A stretch of DNA of 57,267 nucleotides, counting the filler, from Jimgerdemannia flammicorona (lineage: Eukaryota), in NCBI GenBank assembly GCA_003990765.1. It is 3 parts of 3 records of this genome, joined end to end, with 100 filler letters (N's around TTAATTAATTAA, not from the genome) between each part and the next. Parts side by side here need not be neighbours in the genome. Positions count along the whole stretch, not along the records: positions 19,125 to 38,146 come from RBNJ01002048.1; positions 38,247 to 57,267 come from RBNJ01002049.1; 1 more part is not named here. One strand, given 5' to 3'. Position numbers and translations under genes: made by a program. The notes beneath the pieces are model-generated. The model was not told the origin of the DNA. It made no database searches and saw only the letters and a program-made list of their open reading frames with translations. This document shows, piece after piece, positions 35,851 to 48,630 of this stretch (the stretch's first letter is position 1; each line of letters opens with the position of its first letter).

Positions 35851-37893
35851 TGTAAGCGCACAACCTCCAAGCCACCAAAATTACACACGACCTCTGAACA
35901 AATCTGGAAATCACCTGCTTGATCATGAAGCTAAGTCAAACTGAAGTCACAGCGCACAAAGCTGAGTCAATATGAAGTCACAGAATACAAGATCTACACA
36001 AATGGAACCTTACCAATCAGGACCAAATGCATATATATTGAGCACTGAGACACGTCGAATCAAAAAACCAAAACAAACAACAACTACAACTTCCAAACAC
36101 ACAAACATGACCACTGAGATCTACAACCATATCCGTGCTAACATTTGGAATGCCATTGTCAACTGAGCCACACCCCCTCTGCCCCTCATGAATATCCATA
36201 GCCTAGCACCCCTCTACTTTGTGGAAGCCTGATGGAATGCCCTGATTATGCTTAACAAGGCCCACCGGATCAGACAAATATCAAGCTACTACCAGATCGG
36301 CCACCTCTTGGAAGACATAGTCGAACACCACCACAATACAGACATTACCCAGATATCTCAACACCAGAAGCTCATCACCCACAAACATCGAGAACTCTTC
36401 TATGAGTACAACACCTTTATTTCCCGCCTCTGAGTCACTACCAGCGAAATAGTTACTACCCTGTCCTATGGCCAAATCGATGACATGATACAAGAACTCA
36501 ACCACAAGTACCTCGAATACATCCAGACCACAGACAGAACCTTCCCACATCCTGATGACCATATCCTACAAATGCCTCAAGTCGGATATACCATGAAGGA
36601 TATCTACAATATAATCCACTTCGATGAAGATGAAGCAGAAGACAATGATCCCTCTGATGCTGACATGACCTCAAGCCAAGGATCTCTGCCAACCCTGATC
36701 ACTCCACCAATCTTGCCGATGAACTTACAATAGTTCATAACTGTATATGAGACTTATTGGGACAATGACCACTGGCACGAATACCAACCCGCGTTCACCC
36801 CCGATTACTTCAATTACAATGAAGAGACCAGAAAACACAACCTGTACCTTCCGACAACTCTCGAGATTGAACCAACCACTCTACCACCCAAGTACGAGCA
36901 ACATGAACCACAGCTGCCAGCATACTATAACCCCACAACTCATAGTGCCATAACCTATAGAAGGTATGCAGACAGTGAATCCGATGAAAGCAAAGACAAT
37001 ATACCCATCCTTTGTCCACCAACACCTTATCCAGCCTACGAGACAGATGATGCTATCCTGTGGGATGGAGATGAAATCCCAATGTATTACTACCTCAGCC
37101 AACAAGGAGAAGTAATCTGCGAACTACTCTTCCTAGATGACTACTTCATCAGAGATGATGTAATCGATGGTGATGTCATTGAAGACTACCCAGATAGTGC
37201 CTAAGACCTATAAATAGTCTAGCAGTCATAGTATAGATAGATTAGCCTTGTATGACATGACTGTGAACTGACTCAGCAGTCAGACGATCTCTTGACATAT
37301 CAGATCACACTTGTACTACATGACTGCATTCTGACTCAGCAAGGCACTAAGTGCTATATCTATATCTAGTATAGTCCAGATAGCCTCTCACTAGTATAAA
37401 TACTCCCTTCCCCAGACCTTAGAATTACAGACTTGAATACTTGAACAATCCAAACACAACTCCTGAGCACTTCCTCACAATATCTCTTCACATAACTACT
37501 CTTAGTATAGCAATATCATGAATAGTAAATAAACCTATTTAATAATCCACAAACTACTCTTAAGTAAATCTGCTCTCTGTTAGGTCCCACTCTTAACTCC
37601 ATTATGAAATTTCCTAATTGGGTATTGTCTGTAGTGATATGCCAATTCAACTAAGCTGGTCTTAGTTTTCTTGAACTTCCTAAAATACAGAAAATCCTGA
37701 ACATTCAGAACTAGTCCAAAAAAAGGACTTTGGTTGAGACATTAATCTGAACTTAAAATCAATAAGTATAGAGGATATACTCCATATAAAATTGATCTTG
37801 ATCTTAAGAAAACAGTCTTCCAGAATATCCAAAACCTCCAGAAAACTCTTTCAGAACTATGTAATGGTTATCCTAACAAGTAACCCTCTTACA
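35851..37893 (+). repeat. 3' LTR, 2,043 bp
   Basis: TGTAAG...CTTACA, follows the PPT. Confidence 0.93.
36107..37204 (+). pseudogene. LTR-encoded accessory ORF (3' LTR copy)
   Basis: Same frame and length as 27554-28651. Confidence 0.73.
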
Positions 37894-38146
37894 GCCTCTT
37901 TCAATTTTATCTACTAGATATCTACTTACAAGTCCTCATATATCCAGCTTATAATCTTCATCTAAATGTCCTCCACTCAAAGGTCCCATATCACCTTCTT
38001 AGTCAGCAGAGAGGAGTTAAGATACCAATGTCCAGATCTATCTCCACTCCCTCCAAACTACCTCTGTCCTAACAGTCTTCAGTGGTCTGACTATAGGTAC
38101 CACTCTACCTCTAGAGTCCTTCAAACATCCAAACCCCAGTATTCAG
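37894..38146 (-). mobile_element. Degraded LINE fragment (end of APE domain), target of the gypsy element
   Basis: Similar to 2600-2850. Confidence 0.8.
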
Positions 38147-38246
38147 NNNNNNNNNNNNNNNNNNNNNNNNNNNNNNNNNNNNNNNNNNNNTTAATTAATT
38201 AANNNNNNNNNNNNNNNNNNNNNNNNNNNNNNNNNNNNNNNNNNNN
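38147..38246. other. Assembly gap with artificial TTAATTAATTAA linker
   Basis: 44 N + linker + 44 N. Confidence 0.98.
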
Positions 38247-38560
38247 CACCACGAGTGCCCAATGGCCAGCCCCCACCCCTCAGCATGTCCGCAAAGCTCC
38301 TCCCCTGCTTCTCTCCAGCCCCCCCTCCAGTGCCACTTCCACTGCCGGAGCCACCCTGCCCACTCGAGCCACCGAAGGACCCCATCCCCAATCCATACCC
38401 TCTCCCGACAGTCTGCCAGTCGAAGGCCCCAGGTCCACCCGACCTAGTATGCACGTCGGCTTGCTTGCTGGTTGACATTGCCTTAGTATCTTTTCTCCAA
38501 TAAATGCTTCGAAAGTGTGTTGAAAAGTGCGTGTAACGTGAATTGTAGTGGAGAGAGATG
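38247..38560 (-). mobile_element. LINE 5' end (5' UTR + ORF1 start MSTSKQAD), nested in another LINE
   Basis: Begins CATCTCTCTCC; matches 46482-46790. Confidence 0.85.
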
Positions 38561-41135
38561 CCTGACCATATTGAAGTCCCTGCCGAGCACATCTACCCCA
38601 ATCTCCATAAAAATCCCACTCTCTTATAGGCCTATCACCCAATTCACCTGCTCGCCCCATACTGCAGGGCAGTAACAGGAGCCCACCATGACTGGCTCCC
38701 AACCTGCATATATCTACTCTCCTCAGACCAATCTATCCCCCCAGCTCTGCACATTCCATATCTCCCCTCTGCCCTTCCACACCAGAATTCCAACCTTGCC
38801 CTTCCAAACTACCCCACCTCCCCACTCCTTCATCCATTCCAGTCTATCCAAGTTGTCCTCACACCTGATATCCTGCAAGAGGAAGAGATCAGCCTCCAAT
38901 CCCTTCAGCCAAGTAAAAATGTTCTTATATCGATAAGCACCCCATAACCTATTCATGTTCAAAGAAAAAATGTTGGTTGTACTATTCATAAGAGAAATTT
39001 TATAGTTTCAGATGCATCCTCTACTGCTCCATGTCCACTTCCTCCTGTACCCTATCCAGGTTGTACTCAGCAATAGCTTCTGCCTCCTTGGTCCTCTTAG
39101 CCTCCAATTCAGCCAGGATTTCTGCCATCTCCCCATCCTCCTTTTCCTCAAACTCCTCGCAGTACTCCAAACAAGCCTCCTGCCAGAGCTACAGTCCATG
39201 CATTTTAGTCCAACAGTGTGCAGCCCACTCACCTACCACAACCACCAGAGCAGCTTCCCTCTCCTTATCTACCTCATACCCCTCCTCTTCCAAGTATACC
39301 ACCAGAATTTTGGCCTTCAATGCTGCCACCACTCCATCTCCTTGCAGGATCCTCACCCAATGTTCATCGCTCATCACTCAGAGGTCAACTTCCCCCAGCT
39401 CTTCAGCTGCCAAGTTGTTCATCATTCGGCATACCCAGAGCAAGTTACCCACCTCCTTCCCTCCTGGAGTTGCTGGCCTCCCACCATCCAACATTGTAGT
39501 ATCAGCCCCTACACTTACTGACTCATTCCATCTCTCCTCTGGGACATCCACCAATTCCTCTTCCCCAGTCACCTCTACCAAACCCCCCTTCTCGACATTT
39601 GGAACTCCAAAGTGTATCTGCTGAGCACTGCGCATCAGCACATCCTCCATCACCCTATCCTTCACCACTGGACCCCTTCTGATAAGGGGAGAGGAAGAAG
39701 GTAAACCCTCCCAGGTTTCCTCCCAAACCTCCAGTATGCCATCTTCATAAGGATTCTTGCTCAGCACCTTCATGGCCTCCACCTGCCCCCCCTCCTCATT
39801 CTGTCCACTACTAGCAGCCCAGACACTTGCCTCGGTACCTCCAGCAGTTGCACCATTGCTTGCCTTCCTCGTCGCCTCCACCTCCATTCTCGCCAACAAT
39901 TCCCTCTGCCTTCTGTGTCCTTGGAACCTCTCCCACACCTCCTTATTGATGCAGACCCACTTTCCTCCAACTACCTCAAGATGCGTTACTGCCTTGAATG
40001 CCTTCCATGCTTTCGCCCTCCTCTCAACTACCCCACTTAACTCTTCCAGCACTTCCAGCAAATCCTCCTCCTCCTCCTCACTCCCCTTTACTCTCATCAC
40101 CTTACACAAGATAGCCCCCTACACCATTACTGAGGGCCAGTCCCGAGCCTTCCCAGTAGCCTCCTGCCCAGCCAACTGGATCCTGACATCAACATCCCCC
40201 ATCCAGAGAGAGGTCCCTTCCCACACCCTGAACCTGATATCAACTACCTCTCCATACTCTGCTATAATCTCCTCAACCCTCTTCCTCATCTCTACTGCAG
40301 TAACAGTGGAAACTCCTTTCACCAGAAGCTGCACTACTCTTGAGTCCCACCACAGGCATCTCACCATTGGTATGCACACCTTGTCCACTTTCATCCCAGC
40401 CTTCAAAGCCTCCTCCAGTGGCCCAGCCTCCTCAAATCTCACCTCCACCCCTTTGAGGCCCTTCAGGAACTTAACCAATGTTGCCCCACTCATCTGCTTC
40501 ACAATCAGCCCCAGAACCATTTTTGCCATCACTGCCAAGCCCCGGAAACACATCATGACTGCAAATTCTGAGATCAACTTCTTGAGTAATGGAGCCACCA
40601 CCAGTCCCATCACACCATCCGCCAGGTCTCCAGGCCTCATGCCCTTCCCACTGTTCAGCTCACCATCAGCAGTCCCATCTAGATTTTTTTCCAGATCGCC
40701 CATCACACCCCATCAGCAGTCCCCACCTCAGCCACTACCCCCCCAGCCCCACTCCTATGGCCCTCCAGAGAGGTACCCCTATGAGGTTGCTGCCCGGTAG
40801 CCCTCACCAGTGCCTTCCCCCCCCTCAGCCAACTCTCCAGCCCAGCTCCCTATTGACCCCCCTTCACTTTCTCCACAAAGCTCACTCTGCTAGACCCTTG
40901 CCCTCCAGCTCCACCCCCTCCTCCACTGCATCCTCCTGCCAGCAGGCCCCTCATACTTTCCCCCAAGCCAGGACCTCTCCCCACTTACTGCCATTTGAAT
41001 GCTCCAGGGCCACCCTGCCCAGTACATACCCCAGGATGCTCGTTGGTTGCCATGATACTAGTAGCTTGTCTCCAGAAACTGTGTTGAAAGTATTGCCAAA
41101 AGGTTGTATAACCTGAATATTACCGGAGAGAGATG
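38561..41135 (-). mobile_element. LINE (divergent subfamily): 5' UTR, degraded ORF1 (39008-41053), start of APE
   Basis: ORFs 40119-40706, 39378-40109 and 38723-38989 are homologous to copy A. Confidence 0.9.
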
Positions 41136-43300
41136 TTGCCAGTAAATCCTTGGTCAACTACTCCTCCTCCTAGTCCAATGTTGAATTCTTTGGCTAGGCT
41201 GCTTTGCTTAGTAAGGCAGATGTATGTTCCTTTGGGAGCTTGCATTGCAATTCCTGTTTACACTCTAGCATTGGTACTTGGTGGAATAGTGAGGTCTTGG
41301 CTGCTGTAGAGGTCATATCCACCATTAGTTGGGTGGGCCTTAGTGGGGATGGTAGCCTTATACCATATCTTCTATACTTTGATGACATTCTCAGGGTTCT
41401 TCTTTCCTGGGCCTTCTCCAATGACAGTAATGTTCTGGTTACTGGGTTCACCTGTTCTGTTCTTCTTCTCAGAGCATCTGAATGAGATGTGTCTTGCCTT
41501 CTTACAGATGAAGTACAATCCTTTTTCATGGAGCTGCTTCTTTTCATCCTCAGTGGGAGGTCTGGGTCCTCTGGGATTTTGCTGGTTCCTTTGATCATTC
41601 CTTTGATCATTTCTCCTGATAGGATTCCTCCTATCTTGGTTATCCTTCTTGTGTTCTTGACTTCGTGGAGCTTGTGCAGCAAGGATTTTGCAAGCTCTTC
41701 TTTGTACTTGGGCAAAGTACCATGAGTAGTGGGGGCATCCTTGGGGAAGACCTTGTTCCTTGATCTTCTGGGTGAGCCAGTCTGGTAGGGCTGCAAAAAG
41801 GTGGTTGGCTCTGGTACCATTGATGGCCAAATTGTTTTCCTGGTAGATAAGTCCAACAGTTTTGAGATAGGTATCCATTCTAGTGGCAAAGGTTTCTAGA
41901 TCTTCTTTATCATTCTTGTGGAACTTCATCTGGGACAGTTTGTTCCAAGTTTCTTGTATGTAGGCCACATTTCAGAATTTGGTCAGTAACAAGGTCTTGA
42001 GTCCTGGGCCTGCTTCATAGTCATCCCAATCTGGTCTATTGTTGGTAGAAGTTTGTCTAATGACTTGGGGGCAGGCTTCCCAGGTTACTGGGTGTTGTTC
42101 CAAGGTTTGCCAGAATTCGGCTACTATTCCAGTGAAGAATGTGGCTACTATTTCCACTTGTACTGCTGATGTGGCAAACAGCTGTTGAAGGGTATTGCTC
42201 TGGTTATTGGTGAGTATTCCTATAGGCACTCAGTTATCATTCCATTGGTTTGCTCAGTAGTCTGTGTCAACTGCATTGATGAAGTTTTCAATGTTGCTGT
42301 TTTTTCCACTAAATGTTAGGATTCACAAGATCTTGGTTGGTTTGTTCTGTTTGGCAATCTGTCCTACTATCCCTGCTAGTACTGCTAGCTAGGTGATCAG
42401 TGCTGCAATGTTGGCATCTACCATTATGTTGACTATTGGTGGTGGGCCTGTTGGGATAGATTCTCCTGAAGATTGTTCTGCTCGGTAGGGTTGTGGGGCT
42501 ATATGACTTGGGGTTACTTGGTTCCTGGATATCAGATCAAAGAGTTCTGTGAGAGAGGGTAAACCAAACCTCTGTATAGGTGGCTGGGTTGGCTCTGAGG
42601 TCTGATCTTCTTGACCTGTGGTCCATTGGTAAATTCCTAGGCCTACTATTCCTTGTTGGCTATCATCAGACTGGTAACCTGTAGAGTCTTCATCTGACTC
42701 CCTTTCCTGATGAGATAGTGCATCCTCATACTGGCTAGGTCCTTCAAAGAGGATATCAGTCTCTGGCTGAGTAGATGGGCCTGCTCCTTGTTCAGCAGTA
42801 GGGGATGGTTGGTCTGCTTGCTCGTTCTCGTATCTAGTTATAGCAGAGGCATAGTATACAACTAGCCTATAGTAGAGGGAGGTCTTGGTTGGGGTATGAT
42901 GATATCTATCAGAGGCAATCCACTTGGCAGCTGCTTCTCTTGCAGCAGGGGGTGTGATATAATCCAGAAAATCCTGGGTGGCTGCAGCAGTAGATTCTGG
43001 GATCCTAGTAATTCCAATATGTCCTCAGAGGAGTTCATAGAACCTATGGCAGCTAACAATATTCCTAAGTCCTAGGTGGTATATCCTAAAGGCCTGGTAT
43101 AGATCCTTGTAAGCCTGGTCAATTACAAGCTAGCAGGTCTCTGTATCTGTGGTTTCCTGGTACTACCTGGTTCTAATGGCAAGGACTTCTCTGGCTCTAG
43201 TTTGAGGATCCACAGTTGTTTCTGGGGGTTACTCCTGTCCAAGGTTGGTCTTGTTCCAACTTTAGGAGTGTGTTCTTTAGTGCCTTCTTGGCTGGTAAAC
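41136..43300 (-). pseudogene. gag: Gag + partial dUTPase of family 2
   Basis: ORFs 41372-41968 and 41972-42229 (LPDWLTQKIKEQG, degenerate zinc knuckle). Confidence 0.82.
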
Positions 43301-43314
43301 TGCTATTACCAAGT

Positions 43315-44111
43315 TGTAATAACTCTCACTTCTACCTCTCTCTTATCCTTTGGATAATTAGAGAAGTGGACTATTACTTAGGGACTTAGTACACAATGTG
43401 TACCAAGAAGTCTTCAGTTTGAGGAAGTGCTTGCTTAAAGTAGTTTGTAGCAGCAGTGTCTTCTATTTCAAAGGTCTTTCTCTTGTGCCCTATTTCAAGG
43501 GTCTTGTTCTTTGCTGTGCACAGACTGAATTTGCCTTAGAATTTAGATTCAATGGATTTACTTAAGTCTTTGGAGATTTATATATCAGTCTCAGTTCTGG
43601 CAGAAGTTAGCTAGGCTTCTGGAGTTTAGTCAGAAACACTAGAGTCACTTAGGTATTATTACTAAGACTCAGGGGAATGTGTGTATGGAGGGAGGACTTG
43701 ATTCTTGTATTAAGGACTGAACTAAAACTGCTTTATTTTGAATGGAAACTGGGGGGTATTTATACAAGTTGGTCCATGATTTCTAACTAAGTATAAGTGA
43801 CTAATTTGGTAACTATAATGAGGTTTGTGATTGCAACCTTTGTCAGATGGTTTTTGGTAAAGAATAACTTTGTGATCAGGACCTCAATTACTAGGCAATG
43901 ATCAGCAGCTGTAGCAACTGTTGCTGTGGCACCGATTGTTGGGGATAAGCTGGATATCGTTTTCTGCATTGTTTTGTATTGTTTATCATTTGTCGTTCAT
44001 AATATTGTATGCCATGCTTCATTTGTATGATGATGTCATCACTCACCAGGTCATGTGATCATTTATGATCACTCATCACATCCCATCTGTTTGCTCATTC
44101 ATTCTATTACA
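43315..44111 (-). repeat. Family 2 5' LTR, about 797 bp
   Basis: 7-bp terminal inverted repeat; homologous to 45181-45964. Confidence 0.9.
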
Positions 44112-45180
44112 GGTCTGGGGAGAATGGCATCAACCTGGGTGAGAATTAGTGAGAGTTGGCTCCTGCTACTGCTCTGTAGTTAGGGGTGAGTAGATTGAGT
44201 GAATTAGGGATCTGTTAGAGAAGGGTGTCTTCTTGGAGGAAAATGTTGATGTTCTGGGGGTTGACTTTAATATGATATAGGATCTATGGCTAGATTGAAC
44301 TGATGGAGAGAGAGGTGCAGGTGAAAGGAGTAGTGGACTAGATAAGTGGGAGGAGGTGGAGACCCTTAGCTCCTTAGGGGATATGGGCAGAACATGATGG
44401 GGTGACCAGAGGGTCTATACACACTGGGTAAATGGACTGAGTATGAGGATTGACTGGATTCTGACAGCCAAATGTTGGGGTGTTGATGTTTGGAGGACTT
44501 TGGCAGTAGAGTGGTGCTCTTGGTGTGATTACTGGGGGCTATTGGGGCAGGGACAGTTTGGGGGGAGTGGAGATGAACCCAGACATTGGTGCCTTAACTC
44601 CTCTCTGCTGGCTGAGCAGAGTTTGTAGGACCCATGGGTGGCAGATGTCCAAGTGAAGATCACTACCTGGATAAGTGAGGGTACATCTATGGATGTCTGG
44701 TAGATGAGGCTGAAGGAGGCTACTAGGGTTTATTGAGGAGGAGTTGGTAGGGAGGCTGGGAGGCAGAGAAGGAAGAGAGTGAGGTGTGCTTCCAATAGGC
44801 TGATTAGATTGCAGATAGAGTGGGCTGAGATGCTTTGTTCTGAAGAGGTGGAGGATTAGAGATTAGAGAGGGTGAAATTGGAGATAATGGAGCTGCAACA
44901 TATATTGTAAGCTGAGGAGGAGATTCATATGAAAGGAATAGCTGCCAGACTACAGTTGCAGGGGCTTGAGAAGGGAGAGTAGCCCACTAGATACCTGTCA
45001 AGGCTCCTCCAAGCTAGGAGGGTGTGCCACTGGTGGGATGGGATCTTGGATGCCAAGGGAGATATAGTGTATAGTACACAACAGATCTTGGGAGTACTGA
45101 AGGAAAGATGGAGGAGTCTGTGGAGTGAGGAGGAAGGGGGTGCTGATGAATAGGCAATTGAAGACTCACTGGAGGAGTGG
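44112..45180 (+). mobile_element. Degraded LINE ORF2 fragment between two family 2 LTRs
   Basis: RIDWIL...HWCLNSSLL; colinear with 48891-49959. Confidence 0.87.
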
Positions 45181-45964
45181 TATAATAACTCTCACTTCTA
45201 CCCCTCTCTTATCCTTTGGATAATTAGGGAAGTAGACTATTACTTAGGGACTTAGTACACAATATGTACCAAGAAGCCTTCAGTTTGAGGAAGTGCTTGC
45301 TTATAAGTAGTTGTAGTGGCAGTGCTTTCTGTTTCAAAGATCTCTCTCTAGTTTGTCTTCTATTTCAAAGGTCTTGTTCTTTGCTGTGTACAGACTGAAT
45401 TCGCCTTGGAATTTAGGTTCAAATGAGTTTTCTTAAGTCTTTGGGGATTTATATATTGGTCTCAGTTCTGGCAGAAGTTAGCTAGACTTGTGGAGTTTAG
45501 TCAGAAACACTAGAGTCACTTAGGTGTCATTACTAAGACTCAGGGGAATGTATGTGTGTGGGGGGGACTTGATTCTTGTATTAAGGACTGAACTAAAACT
45601 GCTTTATTTCAGATGGAAACTAGGGAATATTTATACAAGTTGGTCTACAATTTCTGACTAAGTATGAGTGACTAATTTGGTAACTATAATGAGATTTGTG
45701 ATCATGACCTTTGTCAGGTGGTTTTTGGCAAAAACAACTTTGTAATCAGGATCTCAATTACTAGGTAATAATCAATTGCTGTAGCAACTGTTACTACAGC
45801 ACTAATTGTTGGGGATAAGCTGAATATTGTTTTTCACATCATTTTCATTTGTTCATCATTCATTATTCATATGCCATGCTCGATTGTATGATGACGTCAT
45901 CATTTGCCAGGTTATGTGATCACTTGTCATATCTCATCTGTTTGTGCTCTTTCATTCTATTATA
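45181..45964 (-). repeat. Family 2 3' LTR (terminal TG/CA mutated to TA)
   Basis: Homologous to 43315-44111. Confidence 0.88.
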
Positions 45965-45975
45965 TCCTTCCCACC

Positions 45976-46481
45976 TTAGAAATCAATGTCCTTGTTGATT
46001 GAGAAATTGAGAACCAGGGGAGAGAAAGGTGGAGAATCCTCCTCGGAGTTGTTGCCATCTTCTTCAGTTGCAGAGGGGATGGTTGCTGATGGTTTGCTGT
46101 CCAGAGTGGAGTAGTCAATGAGGTCTGCAAATGGTTCTTATATGGAGATGGGTGCTGGTGTTGGAGTTCTCCATCTGATGTGGTTGGGTCCATCCAAGTA
46201 GGGTTCTTGATCCTCATGTCTGGGGATATTCATTTGGATTGGAGGTCCTTCAAAGAAGTCAGAGAGGCCTTGGAGCCATTGGTCTGAGTTATTATTCAGG
46301 AGGGAGCTCCAGTAGGGTTTGCAGTCAGTAGACTTGAGAGAGATCCAGAAGTTGGCTTCTTGGGCTACCTTGATCTCTAGTTCGTCAATCTCAGAAAAAG
46401 AGAGATTCTGGAAGTCCTTCAGTTGGACATAGTTGAGGTTGGGGATTGCAAAGGGTGCATGGTACATAATTTGGTGGACCT
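45976..46481 (-). pseudogene. Family 2 accessory ORF, C-terminal part
   Basis: ORF 46138-46467, in frame with 52355-52706 once the LINE is removed. Confidence 0.7.
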
Positions 46482-46562
46482 CATCTCTCTCTGCTACAAT
46501 TCACGTTACACACACTTTACAACACACTTTCAAATCATTTATTGGAGAAAGATATTAAGGAG

Positions 46563-48597
46563 ATATTAACCAGCAAGCAAGCCGATGCATGTCCTAGGTC
46601 GGGTAGACCTGGGGCCTTCAACTGGCAGCATGTTGGAAGAGGGTATGGACTAGGGATGGGGTCTTTTGGTGGATCGAGTGGACTGGGCAGCTTGGGTGAT
46701 AGAGGTGGGGCACTGGTGGGGGGGCTGGAGAGTAGTAGGGAGGGAGCTTTGTGGATGCACTTAAGGCTGGGGGTTGGCCAAGGGGTGCCCACAGTGGACA
46801 GGCAGGAGGAAAGGGGAAGCAGAAGGTTGGAGATGCTGGGGGAGCTGGGCCTTCACTGGTGGGAAGTGGAGGGAGTAGAGTAGTGGCTGGGGGTAGTGGC
46901 AGGACTGCTGATGGTAGTGTGACAGTGAATCAGGAAAAAAAAAGAAATGTGACAGCTGATGGTCAGGGGGGGCAGGGGTTCCCAATGTGGAAGGGGGACC
47001 TGGCTGATAGTGTAATGGGACTGGCAGTGGCCCCATTGCTCAAGAAGTCGATCTCAGAGTTCGCAGCTACCTTGTGCTTCAGGGACTTGGCGGTGACAGT
47101 GAGGATGGTCCTGGGGCTTATTTCAAGGCAGGTGGCTGGTGCGGCCTCAGTGAAGTTCTTGAAGGGCCTGGAGGGGGTTGAGGTGGGCTTTGAGGAGGCA
47201 GGCCTACTGGACAAGGCCATGAAGACAAGAGTGGTGGTTGGGGAGGTGGTGGTCCCCATGGTGAGGTGCTTAAGGTGGGACCCCAGGGTGATACAGCTTC
47301 TGGTAAGGGGGGTGCCCATGGTGACTAAGGAGGAGACTAGGAGGAGGGTGGAGGAGGGGATGGTAGAGTATGGTGATGTGGTGGACATTGGCTTTCAGTT
47401 GTAGGAGGGGATGACTATCAGGACAGGTGACATTGATGTCAGGATTCAGTTGGCAGGGAAGGAGGCCACAGAGAAGACAAGTGACTGGCCCTCGGTGCTG
47501 ATGTGGGGGGCCATCATCTGCAAGGTGTCAAGGGTGAAGGGCAGTGAAGAGGAGGAGGAGGACTTGTTAGAGGTACTGGAGGAGTTGGGTGGTACTGTGG
47601 AGAGGAGGGCGAAGGCCTGGAAACTGTATGAGGAGTCGACACATCTGGAGGTTGTGGGCGGGAAGCATATCCATATGGATAAGAAGCAGTGGGAGTGGAC
47701 CCAGAGATGCAAGAGGCAGAGGGAGCTGTTGGCGAGTATGACAGGTGGGGGGAAGAAGAATTTGGGTGAAGCTGAGGAGTCTGGAGGCATTGAGGCCAGT
47801 GTCTGGGCTGGAAAGGAGGAGAGGAGGTGGAGGCAAAGGAGGCAGGGGCTGGGAAGGGGCTGGACAGGAACCCATTTGCTGATGGGACCTTTGAAGTGTG
47901 GGAGCTGGAGTTGGATGCCACCCCCCCCCCACTTATCAGGAGGGGCCCAGTGGGGAAGCGAGGGATGATGGAGGATACATGGATACAGAGGGCCCAGCAG
48001 GTGTGCTTTGGGGTCCCTGATGTGGTACAAGGGGGTCAGATGGTGGCAGTTGGTGAGGATGAGCTGGTGGATGTCCCTGAGGAGGAGTGGGATGAGGCTG
48101 CTAGTGTAGGGGCTGACACCACAATGTTGGATGTAGGGCGACCAGGGACTCCAGGAGGGAAGGAGGTGGGGAACTTGTTGTAGATATGCAAGGTGATGGA
48201 TAACCTCACAGCAGAGGCTTTGGGGGAGGTAGATCTGTGGGTGATGCCTGAGGAACATTGGGCAAGGATTCTGCATGGTGATGGAATAGTGGAGGGACTG
48301 AAGGTGGAGATTCTGGCGATTTTGCTGGAGGAGGAGGGATATAAGGTTGATAAGGTGAGGAAGGCAGAGCTGGGGGTGGTTGCTGGTGAGCAGGCAGACT
48401 ACTGTTGGGCAGAGCATCACAGTCTGCGGCTCTGGCAGGAGGTCTGTCTGGAGTATCGTGAGGATTTTGAGGAGCATGAAGATGGGGCAATGGTCAAACT
48501 TCTGGGAGAGCTGGAGGCACAGGAAGCTGGGGAGAGGGAACTGATTGCTGAACATGGATTGGACTTGGTGCAGGAGGGATGGGATACCAACTTATAG
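46563..48597 (+). pseudogene. LINE ORF1, disrupted
   Basis: Fragments 46751-47404, 47411-47968, 47827-48183, 48193-48597 homologous to 3502-5541. Confidence 0.87.
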
Positions 48598-48630
48598 AGG
48601 ATGGGACCCCAATATATATCATTATTCTTT

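Larger units (their letters stand above)
27298..37893 (+). mobile_element. Ty3/gypsy chromovirus family 1, copy b, full-length with about 2-kb LTRs
   Basis: LTRs 27298-29330 and 35851-37893 (TGTAAG...CTTACA), PBS 29334, PPT 35837-35850. Confidence 0.95.
41136..44111 (-). mobile_element. Ty3/gypsy family 2, 5' part (LTR, PBS, gag, N-terminal half of dUTPase)
   Basis: LTR 43315-44111 (TGTAATA/TATTACA); PBS-like TGGTAATAGCAG 43300-43311; Gag similar to family 1; GGYDLYS..SSLAK..GGVVDQGFTG. Confidence 0.88.

Noticed and set aside
19125..38146. Middle contig circularity (both ends stop at a similar LINE position)
   Set aside because: The two end fragments are clearly diverged from each other; more likely assembler breaks in repeats.
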